Below, piece by piece: positions 1-14,800 of a DNA stretch of 64,000 nt (the first letter of the stretch is position 1; every line of letters starts with the position of its first letter). Below the pieces are notes generated by a model. That model ran no database searches, had not been told where the DNA came from, and saw only the letters and a program-made list of their open reading frames with translations. The position numbers and the translations under genes were made by a program. The DNA is from Styela clava. Taxonomy: Eukaryota. The DNA lies in the NCBI RefSeq assembly GCF_964204865.1, contig NC_135254.1:15190001-15254000 (forward strand), written 5' to 3'.

Positions 1-594
1 GTTTTGAATTGGTGTTGTGATTTCTTGCACGACGAAATAAACGTATTGTCTATTATACGCGATTCACGAAAGGGAGGCAACAACGCACGAAGCCTGTAGA
101 CACGCGGTATGCTACAGCATTCAAAAAGTTCTGCAAAGAATTTCATTTTACCAAGGATAATTGTGAACAAGGATATTTTTCGTTTTACATCCGTAAACAC
201 CCTATTCATAATATACATCAAAAGATTTGAACAAACTCTTTAATATATCTATTGAATGTTAAACGAAAGATTTCCTTGTTCATAATTAACTATGTTGATG
301 TTGCAAGTATTCTTGCTATTGTGAAAACAAATTCTCCACAGCTTCTGGACCAATTGCTTTGGGATTTTCAGTGGTTAAACATTGTTGTTGTCGCCAAAAA
401 GGTGTTTTATTTATTCATAAGTTTTCTTTGAAATCTGATATTTCATTCAAAATTCCGGTTTTATTTTTATTCATGGGACAAGGTTTTTATTCCGCCTAGG
501 GTTTAGGTCAGAACTGTCCTCGGGTTTGATTTTACGAACTCGTGATACGCGAAAGTCAGAAGGATTTTGAGACGGGTACAGCAGGCGACGGTGG

Positions 595-883
595 GTCTAG
601 TGTAGTGTACTTCCAATGGGCGTAACAACTTTTACACATGTCATTCCTGACTACGAAATACAAGAATTACGTCCCTATGCCGCCGAGATCAAGTCAATAC
701 GAGAAAGATAGCTGGCTTTAGTGAGTTCGTTGTCACAAGCGTTATCACGGGCGATCGTCTCTATATTTTAGCAGGCTATATTACGTGATTGTGACGTCAT
801 TTTTGGGTGACGTAGGCAGGAATGAGATATGCGAAATTTGTTACACCACGGCCACTAGAAGTACTTGAGGTACTACACTAGAC
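595..883. mobile_element. Possible MITE (short inverted-repeat element)
   Basis: GTCTAGTGTAGT at 595-606 is the reverse complement of ACTACACTAGAC at 872-883. No coding capacity inside; TSD not resolved. Confidence 0.35.
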
Positions 884-2953
884 ACACGGGTACGCTTACC
901 ATTCCAGTTTCGTTCAGGATATGGTTTGGGGGAAATTGTGGCTAAAATATTTCATTTTAGCCTTGATCTCTTGTTATTAGTAAAAGGAATTAGGGTCAGT
1001 TTTATTATTAATGTTTATCACTTGTAATCCGGTATGATTTTTTCTAATCATTCAAGTATACATATCTGACAATGAATTTGAAAATAATCCACGAAGGCGA
1101 AAAGGTTTCATGGCCGTTATATGTCATAGCATCAAATATAAAGTTGTTATAAGACAGTGGTTCTTAACCCTTATAAGCATACAAAAGCACATGGCTAATA
1201 AAATTTATTGAGAAGAAATTTCATGAATTCTCTTAGGATCTTTTGTACAAAGCCCCCGCCAAATTAGGGTTAGGAATGCAGATATGGCCCGCGGGCCACG
1301 GATTGGACGACCCTATGGACGAACTATGGAAATAAATCGCAGACTCTGAATTGTCGACAAACATAATTTTTCTATCGGTAATATTGTAATAAAAATATTT
1401 ATGTTCGTTTTTTACTACATGGACGCGGGTGTTTTCTTTCTGTATTTTTATAAAAATATAACCTATATTCGTCGAGAAAATGTTTTGTATAATGTAATTT
1501 CTCGGTCCAACGTTTTCCCGGGGTACACCGATCCAAGGGACCAATCCAATAACGCGTGCAATCCGTTAGCGAAATCTGTCAATTAGCATGTAGACTGCAA
1601 ATCGCTCATCGCAAATTCTGGCAATCAAGAAATTTGCTGAAAATTTTCACTGCAGTTTACTGGTCGAATATCGGAATTTTGAAAGTTTAGAACCTATTTA
1701 GTATATATATATAATGATAGAGAGAGAGATAAGGTTTGTTTAGGCTATTCACGCGTTGTTATATTTAATAGCAATAACAGTACCTACAATTAATATTTGA
1801 TGAACACCATGATATTGCCCTTTTTCTTCATTTACTTGCTCCTATCAGACGCATATCCGACGAGGGGTTTTGAGCAAATCAAAGACTCCAACACAGGACA
1901 GCCAAATTTCATAAAACTAATCATTACCGCTATAAACGACCAAAATGAAGAAAGTGCGTGTACCATTTAGTATAGTTTTTGCACGCATGTTGAATCAATA
2001 TTGCAAAGATGTGATTGTATTGATAATGCAATCGTAACGTCTTCGACCTATTTTGCAAAATTTCACGTTTAGTAAACAACTCTTGAGGTGAGAACATAAT
2101 GCTATTCTTTGGGCCTGAAAGTTATTTTTGTGACAGAAGGTAGTATGTTTGTACGATAGCGACAGATCGTTACGAATTATCAACAGCCCCCGCTTTAAAT
2201 ACAAAAGCAAATATCAATTTAGTTGTCCAGATTAATCGTTGTCTGGATTATCAAATACAAACAATGAACCAAACAATTTTATGCATTCTTTTTTGGTGTC
2301 CGGCTTGGTTGCAAATCAAAACTTCGCTTATTGAATGTATCCATTTCTTTTCTTTATCATTGCCTTTCATGCGTGGGTGATGTATAAAGATCATAATTAT
2401 TCCTTAGACATGGTTGTTCAATCGCATTTTGAACAGTTATCCTGTGAAGAAGTTTCATGTGGATGCAGTGCGGTATAATCTGAAGATATAATATCATCAT
2501 ATAGATGCAGTGGAACAACGAGCATGATATCTGTTCGTGCTTCAATAGTTTGTGTTGTTGGCCAGGGTACCGCGCTACACTCTACTGCAGAAAGAAAAAA
2601 CTTCAGATGCCAACGTAGGAATAACTGTTTGTATAGTCTGTGCAGAACGTTTTATGACGTGTGCTGAGGAAATGTTTTTGAGACATGATTATGTTCTCAA
2701 AGTGCCATTGCACCATTGTATGATATTCTGCAATTGCACTGAGCGTCTTACTACCGCGTCCCACTTTATTATTATTTGCTGATATCGTAAAATTGTCTTA
2801 GTGCTTAGATTGACAGAAGCTCTTTTACATTTATGCATCTGTGTATCCTGTACTCAGTTGTAGCTACGGCAATTCAAGTGTCATAAGCTTTTAAGGGTTC
2901 TGTTCATCCTGTATTTAGTTTTATATTAGCTTGATTCTCCAATCGTAACGGAT

Positions 2954-5900
2954 ATGAAGTGCTGCAGAAGACGTGAAAAGTGTGATGAGGCAGCTGAAGA
3001 TAACATCGAATCAGAGAATGACCTTTTGTATTCGGTGGACGAAACACCACCATGGCATTTATGTATGCTATTGAGTCTCCAGGTAAACTTTTGTATATAA
3101 GTAGTGATTCAGGTTAACATTCATTATATCCTTTCGTGTTCTGCGGATTTATTTTTATATACAATATGGATAAGTGGTTGTAAATCCGAACCTTCCTCAT
3201 TTTTATAGTTCAAAATGAATGAGCGAATGTTGATTACTGTATTTGAATTAAAATTTTTACTTGCAGCATTTCTAATTCTTACTAAAAAAACTCCCGGAGA
3301 TAATCGACGACCGCCAAACACGCAATTTATTTTATTAATCACTAATGCTGCAAATACTCTTGGGTTATTTCATATATTTTAACTTGATAACTAATTCCTA
3401 TTTGTCATGGAACGCGTAAGACTGGTTTGTATTCAGATTTTTCAATAAATTTTTCAAATCACGACACTGTATATATTTTAAAAATTGTGGTACATTCAGG
3501 CGTTTCCATGTACATACTTGCAAAACAAAAATTCCGTTAATTCCGGTTCTTGGAAATACTTTTTGTGTTCGACTTCGTATTTTTGACTTCTGCAGAGTTA
3601 TCCAAAAACCGGGCACGTTTGCAATATGCACTGATAGATAGTTCTGGGCACCTTTCTAATGCGAAATGATGGGCTTAAAATTTGAAGTAATCACACTCAT
3701 CCAATGCGTTTACATGCGTAAATTGAGGTCTTCGTTATGTTATGTTTTCATTTAAAATACATCATTACCGTTAATTTCAATGATATGCATGAACGTTTTA
3801 AATATTTCATCTCTATATTTCATCAGACAACAATGGTAAAGATCCTTGTTTTAAAGAAAAGCATTGTTGCATGTTGAAACTGCATTGTTTTCTCGTTTGT
3901 CTTCACGAGACGGTATTGATTAATTCCCATCGTTCTCTCTCTTTCAGTGCAGTTATGTTTGTATTCGTCATTTCCTATATATATTCTTACATTTTAGTGT
4001 AAGGGGTTTCAAAAAATTAGGGTTGGCACAAGGCGCCGAGAATACAATATAGAAAAAGACTAATACAAGCGATTTATTGCACCTCCTACATCTTATATTT
4101 TATACCTATTTAGCACCTCACTTTGAAAAAGGCTATCCAGAAGCAGTCAGCGTGAAATAAAGAGCTACCATATATCTATCTATCAATAATATCGGAATCA
4201 TACCACAGTCCCCAACAACCAACTCCAAAAAATCTTGCGCCAAATATCTTCAAAACTGCAAAGCCAGCATGAAAGAGCCCCAATTACTAAACTAGGCATT
4301 CTTTCTCTTACTGAATTTGTTTATAAGACTTAACAATGACTATCTATGAATGTCAACCAACTAAATGCATTTCTGTTAAATGAGACATTATTTGATAAAT
4401 TTCACACCAATTATTGTTTTTCAGCAATACCTTATGACGATAAGTGGTGTTATAATGCTTCCACTATTGGTGATGAACGTAATCTGCTTTGACGACAGTC
4501 AGGCAGCAAACCTTGCGCGAACAAAAGTTCTGGGCACAGTTTTAGTTGTTTGCGGAATATCTACGCTACTACAAACAACTCTTGGATTGAGGTATTTTTG
4601 ATCGTTTATTACTATTTATTCCGAAGAATTAAAAGGAACACACGACCGAACGAACCATGGCTTCTCCTCTTGCTACCATTCCGTGTCGGAAATCAGTGTA
4701 GTTAATCATGAAAGCAATAAATTCATGGTCGTCGTTAACTAGTCAATGTAACCTATCATACCATGGGTGACTGAACCACCTAATGGCACTTCCTAATCGT
4801 TTATTGGTTTGAATAAAAAGATTTGTCAAATGTAAAAAAAATTCGAAAATATTAATCAAATTATTAATGACCAATCAAACTCATATTCATAGTTTATTTT
4901 TTCGATGGTTAACTATCAGCTACTTAAAACAACTGAGCATTTAAACAAAATTTTTAAACACTTTGTGCTTTTCAAACCTATCTATATTTTCATTTCCCTC
5001 ATTTGTTACAGACTTCCAACATTTCAAGGTATTACAATCGCGTACTTCATCCCAACCGTGATAATCATGGGAACTGATAAATGGAAGTGTCCGGCACCTA
5101 TTAACTTTAACTTATCTTCTTTGCCTGCTAATTTGTCAGTATTTTCAGTGGATACTAACTCATCTTCGAGTCAGCATCTCACAGATCATTCTTCTAACAT
5201 GACGTTAGAAATCGACACGAATTATTATCATTATTATATTGATAACGATGGTGAATTTGTAGACAGCAACGAACTGTGGGCGAAACGTATACGAGAGGTC
5301 AGTAAGGCACAGTTAAACGAGAAGATTGACCAAGTTTATTTTTGACCAACCGATGTAGACATTGATTAAATAAACTTTCAAAATACGACTTCAGTCATCC
5401 TGTTTATTGTGGATGCTTTGCAATAATTACCACCGGAACGAATTAAATATATAAGGAATATTTTCGGTTCACCAACCACCCGTTTTTTCTACTTTTCTTA
5501 TCCCCTGCCAGGCATTAAAGCTTTATTGTTGTCCAGCCCGATTTGTGGAAACAATCAGAATCAGTGGTTCGCTGAGATACGGCCACAGGTGCGTCTAACT
5601 CTCGTCTGAGGGCTGCGCTGTTGACGTAATTATTAATTTGACAACATTAAGACTGAGACGGTGCTGCTTTTGAATCATTTTTCTAAAATAAACACACTAA
5701 AATCTTTCATTTGTTCTTTTTTCATAATATTTCGTTCCGAACATTTGACGTGGAAAATAACCAAAACTACACATATTTACTAATATCGAAACACATTGGG
5801 GAGTGCACTTACATATTACTATTTTATTTATTGAATATTTTGGGCAGGTTCAAGGGGCAATCATAATAAGTTCTCTTATACAAATATTCATCGGGTTCAG

Positions 5901-8900
5901 TGGATTTATTGGATTCGTCATGCAATATATTGGACCTCTCACCATCACACCCATCTTGGTATTAGTGACGATATCACTCAAGGAGATCACTGCCGCTCAA
6001 GCCAGAACACAATGGGGAATTGCTCTTCTGTAAGACCAGAAGCATATTTCTATTGTTTATATAATCATTCAATTCATATACAGTAACGCAAAATTAACAG
6101 AAGTTAATATTAAATGCTACTTGGAACGTTTAGAGACTAACACCCTTTAACAGTATCAAATTACGATGTACTGCCATTTAAACATTTCACGCCTGACGTT
6201 TCTTAACAGTTACTTTTTTGACCTTGCCACGACGAAAAATTTTATCCTAATTTTTGCGTAACTTTTTTAACACACTGTATATTTGATTCATTTCCAAGTC
6301 ATCCTCCGATAAAGATGAGCTAAGATTTAAAATATCAATAATATTCCCAATTCGGTGGAGCCGATACTATTTTGTTGTTATCAACGTGAGTTTTAATGGA
6401 TATAGAAATTGAACTAATGATCTTTAACATGTATGACCCAAATAGATATACCGGCGTACTAATAAATGGGTCATTAGCTTATTGCGAGTGTTGGTCTCTG
6501 GTTGATCTGGTGAATGTTTACTGAATGAATCAATGTATGTCACTAGACCAGGCGAGCGTTGTTCTGGTTGTTGACGCGTTGAGTGACATGTTTATTGTTT
6601 TCCAGATTCGTGGCAATTTTTATTCTCTGCAACATTATTTTAAAGAAAATCACTATTCCATTTCCATTGATGCATCCACACAAAAAAACTTTAACAACAA
6701 TGAAAATACCCATTTTTGAAATGTTTCCGGTAAGTTTTTGACCTAAATTCAAACGTTCGAAGATTAAACAATACAGGTCCTATAGTATAAAACATCAACT
6801 CGCGGAAAAATTTAAGAGATTGTATTTGAACCCTATTGACAGTTAAATTTCACATGTTATATAGTCTATCAGAAGAGTGGTTCCTAAACTAGGTCCATCG
6901 ATTGTTATCGTTTTCTATCAAACCCTAGTGAGGAGGGAAATTGTGTCGGCACTTTTGAACTGACGTGATATCAAACCTAGTCGAGAGTCCGCAACGTGTG
7001 TTTTTCAGTGTCGATATTAGCTCTGGCTATAAAACCAAGTATCCCGAATACAAAACAACAAATTTAGAACACGCATATATGACTAGCGTTCCCAATACTA
7101 TTTCCATTTGCCTATTCGCATTTGTCTCTAATAAAAACCCAATTCCAAATTTGTCGATGGAAATGCCATTGCAGTCGTCACTTCGACCAAGATGCTGTTT
7201 GGTGAAAATTAAACTACACCAAATTCGTTTTACTGCTTGCAATGTACATGTATTACGAAAATCGGTCAAGGCTTCGCCATATGCTTGAAAGACGTAATTA
7301 GGGGAACTTGAACCAAAAAAAGGATGGTAACCGCTATATATATATAAAAAAAATTCGGGCGCAATGTTGGGTTTTATGTACAAACGGGGAATTCTTCGGA
7401 CTGCATTTTAATGGGTATACTTTTTTGGGGGATGCGGTATTTTATTGATGTAGTTTCAAGAGGTGTAATCGGTAGAGTATGTTTCTACATGAAATGAAGT
7501 AAATATATGTTAAATGTACAATTTAGTAGCTGTTGACACTGTTACTTCAACTTGAATATATGATGTAGTTCTGTGTACAAAACATGCTGACGGCAAACGA
7601 GCACATTTACAAGTTGAAATTCGGAAGTTTACTATCTCTCAGTAAACACTGTAGTGTATGTACAGAGTTAGGTACTATTTCGTCCCCATATGACTGGATC
7701 GATTGTCGCGAAAATATTGTACGAACGTGCAAAAGCATTCCGTGTAAAATCAACATTTCTTATCTAAGCAATATTTCGTAATATGTGGCCTAAACGGTAT
7801 TAATATTATCGACCATGATCATGTAAATGTGTGTGGCAAAAAAGTTCAAAATATAATTTTAATAAACAAAAACAAACGGTCATCATTGACACCGATTCGA
7901 TGCATAGATGTAGGTCAATTTCAGGCCTATCAAAGTTCTATAGGAAGACAAGACATGGGTGGTCGAGCTTCAACATGTTGCTCTTGTTGTTGGTGTTGAA
8001 AATTACCAAAAAAAGAGGTTGCAGAAAAGGACGACATCGGGTACAAATACCGAAATACGAAAAAAAAAGTCAAAAGTCACTTGTCCGGTCAGCAATGGCA
8101 TTGAGAAATAGAAGTTAGATTTATATGCTTTACATAAAAGTGAAGAATTTGAAGAAACTCCAGCGCATATTTTGCAAATTCGTTAAAAAAATTTCACTGT
8201 GTTTCACTTACAATCCATCAATAATATATATATCATACAATTTTGATACTGACAAAAAAACTTTCATATCTCAGTTGCAAACTAATTTTTCTTTTTTTTT
8301 AAACAGATTCTGATTGCAGTAGTGACAACATGGTTACTTTGTTACATTATTACTGTTGCTGGTGGATTTCCAGATGATCCTACAGTCCCAGCTTACCAAG
8401 CAAGAACTGACACAAAACCTGGAGTAGTTTCAAATAGTCCATGGTAATAAAATTGCTTTGCATGAGCATATCAATAGTGGGAGCGGTGGTCAGGTGATAA
8501 CTCGCTGGATCTTCTTATATTGGTGTCGACTGTCGACACTTGAAGTTATCGCGTTGAAACACCGCGTAACTAACATAATTCATGATGTATAACATGGATG
8601 GTTTGTGTTCCAAATCAACATTTATTTTTCTTCAAATAAACATTGTATCTTTCTGCATAAGATGGCTAGAATCTTGTCGGCGGCAAATGTACGTTATATG
8701 AAACGAATATCACAAATCAATGCAGATGAGATGTGATACCATTTCAATTTGTTTTCTTCCTTTTAGGTTCCGGCTACCATATCCTTTCCAATGGGGTACT
8801 CCAACATTCAGTGTGATTGCCGTATTTGGAATGTTTTCGGCGATTTTTCCAGGAATATTTGAGTCACTTGGAGTATATATGACATGTAGTGAAATGTGTC

Positions 8901-10761
8901 GCCAGCCTCCCCCACCGAAACATGCAATTAACCGGTTTGTGCGTTTCATCGTATTTAATTTTTCAACGATTCTATACCTACGATGATATTTTATTAAAGT
9001 ACCAGTTCACCAGCCACTAAATGTCTGTTCACATTATTGGCCCGTGTGAAACTCTGAACAAAATCACGAGGCAAGGCAAAAACCGTATTCAACCTTCTCA
9101 ACGTATATCCTAGTTTAAAATTCATAACTGCGGCAATAAAACTTTATTAAATTTTAACGGTCAAAATTAAAAATAGTTGACTGAATCGGCAAAAAAGCCC
9201 TCGAAAAAAAATTACATTTCAAATTTCAGAGCAGTTTTAATGGAAGGATTTGGTATGTTTTTCGCTGGACTTTTTGGAAACGGAAATTCCACAACATCTT
9301 TTATGGACAGTGCAATTGCGGTTGGAATTTCAAGAGTTGCTAGCAGAAGAGTAAATATTTATACTTTGATCACGAAAGAGAGAATTTTGCAGAATATAAT
9401 TTAAGAAATGCCGGGAAATAAATTTTGTCTTTCCGTGAAATACACAATTGTTGCTGTAATTTTATTATTCAGACCTGTGTAAAACACATAAATGGAATTG
9501 AGCGGCATTAGTTCTTCGCTATAAAACAGTGTAACTATTCTATCACGTTCAGGTACTGCAAGGAACTGGGTGCATATTGATATTCACTGGTCTGTTCACG
9601 AAATTTTGCAGTTTGTTTGTTTCTTTACCAAGTCCAGTGATCGGCGGTGTTCTACTCTCTGTTCTGGGCATGATAGCATCAGTTTCTATAGCTATGTTGA
9701 GAACAGTAGATTTGAGAAGTATAAGGTATTCATTACTTATTTATTTACGCTTTATTGAATAACGTCACCATTAATACAATACAATCTGATTTCATTTTTC
9801 AGGAATTTGTTTGTGTTGGGTTTCAGCATATTCTTTGGACTGGTCGTTTCGGTTTACGCCGCTGATGGAATTGAGGATATTGACGTCGGCGTTCCAGAAA
9901 TAAATAATGTGATCGCGATTTTCCTTCAAATACCGATGTTTATTGGGGGCGCTGTGGCGCTAGCTTTGGATAACCTGTTGCCAGGTATGAGCTAGTTATC
10001 TGATTCTCAGCATTAACCGGAAAAAAATTAACATGAGCACAATTTTAGAAAGGAAAAGAGTTGTTTAATTCGAACTTTTGCTTTCATGTATTTGTTCCAT
10101 AATGTAACCACACGAAGATATTTTTAACAACGCGTATATTAACATAGGATTCAATTGTTTATATATAAATTATTACGACTCAAATTTTCCAACTTGAAGA
10201 TTGTAATCAGATCCTCCAGCAACAATTAATTTATTCATTCATGTGCAGCTGCTGGTTGTAAATGTTTTCGATATGCTGACTTGTTGCTGAAGATGCCATT
10301 ATTGCAAATTACACATTTGACAAAGTTTGAAATGAGTTTAAAGGTCTAGCAGGTTTTCAGAGTAATTTATTTAAAATTGAGTGGTTGTAATAAAATTGAG
10401 CTATGCTGCAACTGATTGAGGCATATATTTATATATGATAAAGCTTTTTTAGTTTATATAGTGAGAAGCAATCCGCGCATTGATGACTTCTAAATGGCGA
10501 TCACAGCCGCCATAAGAAAAAGCAATTGAGATAATAACGCGTTTGTAACCTTATATATTCTTCACAGGCTCTAGAGAATCACGAGGGTTATTTCATGACC
10601 AAATATCTTCAGAAACTAAAGGAATGGAGGCTTATGATCCTCCCTGTTGTGTTGGTGTGAAAGGTTTGAGATTGCTGCCGTTATGTCCTGATTTTGTTGA
10701 ACCGACAGTGGAGGAATATGGACTAGAAGAGGAAGCTCAAAATTTTGTGACACCTACTTAG
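2954..10761 (+). CDS. SLC23/nucleobase-ascorbate transporter (NAT/NCS2) family protein, ~620 aa, 11 coding exons
   Basis: Exons 2954-3082, 4425-4591, 5012-5297, 5848-6029, 6606-6729, 8307-8443, 8767-8934, 9230-9350, 9553-9725, 9803-9984 and 10568-10761 join in frame through GT-AG introns (1863 nt). Family motifs: LYSVDETPPW, LLQTTLGLRLP, QGAIIISS, IGPLTITP, ARTD, PYPFQWGTP, PPPKHAINR, SRRV, PVIGG, RNLFVLGFSIFFG, LDNLLPG. Orthology within SLC23 is not assignable. Confidence 0.93.
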
Positions 10762-11864
10762 GATAAAACAATATCATCAATTCCTTAATTAGGATGAAGG
10801 AAATAGATCAGGCGCCTACAAGGATCATCAGAATAGGAATAAAGATTGCTTGCGCTTTTGAACTTTTCATTCAATTGTTTTGGTTTTCTTTTCTGAAAAT
10901 CTAGATTGTATCACCAGCCATGATCGTTTCCAATTCAAAAATATATATCAAATATATATATTCTATAAACAGAAATGTGTTTATGATTATCTTATGTTTA
11001 CGTATTATTAGAATACACAGGACAATACATGCAAGTTTGCTTTTGGTATCAAAAACACTTTTGGTCCCTAGATTTTCTTTCTTCGTTAGTTTGGTCAGGG
11101 AGCATAAATAGTCTACGTGTAAGTCTTTTCCTCATTCAGAATGACAGAGGGAAATAGTGGATGAAAAGCCAATTAACTAAGCCCATTAAAGTACATTAAC
11201 TCAGCACCGTCAAAAATAGTTTTTGGCAAACAATTGCAACAAATAATACATGTGCAACAAAACACCCAGAAGTGTGAGCATTGAGCAAGCTCATGCAGAA
11301 AATTTTTTTCTCCCGACAAATGCAAAGACAGGTCTGAGGAGTAAATCTGACTCACTCATATATATATATAATTGCAATGTACCGGCAATAAAACGAGCCA
11401 CATTGAAATATAAGTATTAGAGTACGTCGCTATAATACTTTTGGTAAAATTCAAGAAATGGCATTTTCTGCGTTTCTAATATCTCGAATACGTTTCTTGA
11501 ATGTTACCATTCCGAAGTTCCTATGTTGCAAACCTGGCATCCTAGTTATTATCGAACCCACTAACAATCAGTTATAATATTGATAAATAACCCACACCTT
11601 CCCTTCACAAATAGCGGACATTGAAGCGTTGCTCATTCAAAACTATTCGCATATCGTATTGCTTCATTCCAGTTACCGAAGGCTTTCTTCAAACTACTCT
11701 ATTATTAGCGCTTGTCGATATTATTGTAAGTCAGCTATGGATACCGTTGTTTGCGCAGGCTTTCTTCTTTGTGTTAGTCGCATCGTATAAGGTAAATAGT
11801 AGCCTAATTCGTTGTCGAACCACGTATTAAGTTGGTCAGAAATCTTAACTTACATGAATTGGCA

Positions 11865-14800
11865 ATGGGCTCTTCGGGATCGAAAAATAGCGTAACTGTA
11901 CCAACTATTGGACAAAGCAAAGGTAATTTTAGTTGCACTCCTTGAAAAGTGTAATGAATATAACGTATAATGTATTGCCTATTTAGTTCACCAAGATTAA
12001 ATATTCTGACATTTATTATTATTATTACTTGGCTTCAGTTAGTGATTTGAGTTTTGCATCTTTACTACGTCGACTCGAGGAAAAACAGACTGAAATCGAA
12101 CGGTTGAAAGCTGCAAACCAAGCCCAACGAGAGGAGATTAAGAAATTGAAATATGAATTGGAGACCAGTCGTATATCAGCGACGATACAGAAACCAATCT
12201 CAAACAATGTGAGTAGCTGTCAAAAAATAACTTAGCATCAGCATGTTTGGGAACGTGCCTATACTCTATATTCCTGTATAATTTAACGTAATAGCTCTAA
12301 CCTGACTCACTTTAGATTAGATGTCAAGGAGCAAACAATATCTGCGTTGCCAGATATTGAAAATTTGCACAATCGAATTGAAAAGCTTGTCATCGTAAAT
12401 CACATAAGGAATGCTGTTCCCATGCAATAACAAGCATTATTAGTACTTAGTTGAAAGTATTGAAATCCATAATAACCATTAGTATAGGGATACAAGCATA
12501 TACCCACAGATACGGTCTTCTTATCTATCTCGTAGTAAAAATATCACAGCTTCACTATTATTGAAACTCGCGGGAATCGGCAAACAAATATTTTTCTCCA
12601 AATTGTTATAATTCGACGGTTTCTATGTGAGCTCAGCAAATGGCAATTTGGTATAACGAACGATCTGTTCCAATGATAGATTTATTCTGGATTTTAGCCA
12701 TCCTAACAGTTTTAAATAAGCGCTGTTTAAAGTTGGGGTTTGCAATTTAAGGGTTCAGACCTTCAGACAAAATGTACAAGATAATAATCTGAAAGAATTA
12801 GATTTACCGGTACTTTCTTATTGATATTTTTATTGTAACGTATGGGAAGCATTATGGCTTATAACATACCGGATTACCGGTATTTGGTTTCTGAATCTTT
12901 AATTGCACCTTCCTATTGTGTTTCCGCAGGAACAACCAAATTTCAATTCTTCAAATATTCTGACACCTGAAGATGTTATTTCGTCTCAAGCTCCTCAAGG
13001 CAACATGCCGAAGATTGGAGATCACGTGGTATCAATGTGGGGCGCAAGCAAGTGGCAATATTTTACAGGTAAACATGGGCTTATACCTAAAACAGTACGT
13101 ATTTGATAGACAATTATGGATTGGAAACCCACACACTATAAGTTGAATGCGAGTTTCACTCTCACATGACCTGACCTTTGTCACGAACGCTGGTTTTCGG
13201 GAGATGATAAAAACACGAATTCGATATTATTTCAAATTACTTCAAAATTACCTCATATATATTTTAGAATTCAACAAGTTAGAATTCAATTCGTTTCAAA
13301 ATTGTACAATTTTTTGTGGCCATTACCTCGGGCAGCACAGAAAAATTCTGGGATAAGGCTTTCAATAAAGTTTTTATTTTAAAAGTATCGAATCAACTTG
13401 ACTTTTATTTTCTTTAACAGCGACGATTGTTGGATTTGATTCCTCCAGCCTAAAGTATACAATAGAATGGGATGATGGCGATCCCACTGGACGAGTAATA
13501 GATTACTACAATCTTGCACTCGATAAAGTACCTTCTCCCGATCAAATTGGAGTTGGATCAAAAGTGCTGTTTCACCAGGGAGAGTGAGTATTTCACATGA
13601 ACATTTTCGTTGATTGTTTTCGTATGATTCATCAAAAGACAACATTGTTGACATTTGAGAACAAACAAAATATTTATTTTAGAATAAAAGAATATCCGCC
13701 AAAACTCAGACTAACTCCCTGTTGGTGATTATTAGCCTACTATACCCACTGTGTAACCTTATCAAAAAAATCAACTCTGAATTGTGCAGAAAAATTGAAT
13801 CGATGAACGTATTATTTGTTTGTCAGTGGTGCCATGATTCCCTAGTTACCTAGTATATTAGACCATCTTTTTCCATTTATGTAGAAGCTAGGTTTAGGGG
13901 ACAGACAGTCCTCATTGGCAATTTTTTATGTTGGGTTCAAGTTGTTTACTTTCTAGTTATATGTTTGGTATTTATCTGGTTTCACTATTTAGACTATATA
14001 GATATTTGTGTCCACTGCTTCTTGAGCAGACTATTCAGTTTATCAAGTATTTCGTAGTTTTTTGTTTTAAATTTTATTTTGTTGTTTGGTCTCAAAGTTG
14101 AGAAAGAATATGTTTACGATAACTGTATATTTAACAAAAAAGCATAGATATAGAAATATCTCATCCATATCAATTTGTTTCAATCACAATTCATGAACAT
14201 GAATAATTTGAAATGAGGTATCTTAATGTACGTAGTTTGCATTAATATATATTCTTTATGTCCATTCTGTTCAGGTGTGCAACTGCAGAGTAATAATCGA
14301 ACATGAGTGTCAAGCGCTAAGTGTATATTATAGCAAAAATATCTTTTCGTACACTTTTTAATATTTTTCAATATTGTCGCGTCTATCGGTAATATTCTCA
14401 TGTTTTCCGCTTTATAGCAGAGAATATAATCAAAATTATATACAGAAAAAAGTTTAAAGTTGTTCTTTAGATACAAGCAGCAAGAAGTACACGGAGTTAC
14501 AAGATCTGGCGGATTCAGATGGCACCAGGGAGAAATTACTAAAAGTGTCAGACAGCCGGACGGTACAAGGAAATACCAAGGCAAACATACAAAGGGGGCA
14601 AGTGACGGAAAATGGGTGTTGTACAAGGTGATGTTTAAACTATCACCAATGAAAGATAGCCACTTTCGTAATGTTCAAAAAGTAATATTGTTTTGTTGTT
14701 ATATTAGGACTATTCTGAATATTTCTACAATTACAAAATAGATGATTTTCGAATGCCACCGAACGTATTTGACATTCTGGACTCCGTAACGGGTTAGTGA

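Noticed and set aside
1233-2782. Short ORFs upstream of the SLC23 gene, and most other 60-130 aa ORFs in introns and intergenic DNA
   Set aside because: They have no recognisable motifs and low-complexity AT-driven composition. Many start at non-ATG codons or lie antisense to real exons.
12316-12394. Extra exon (LDVKEQTISALPDIENLHNRIEKLVI) in the TIR-Tudor gene
   Set aside because: It looks coding and has a phase-0 donor, but its acceptors do not match the phase of the strong upstream donor at 12208/12209. The model is in frame without it, so it is left out pending RNA evidence.
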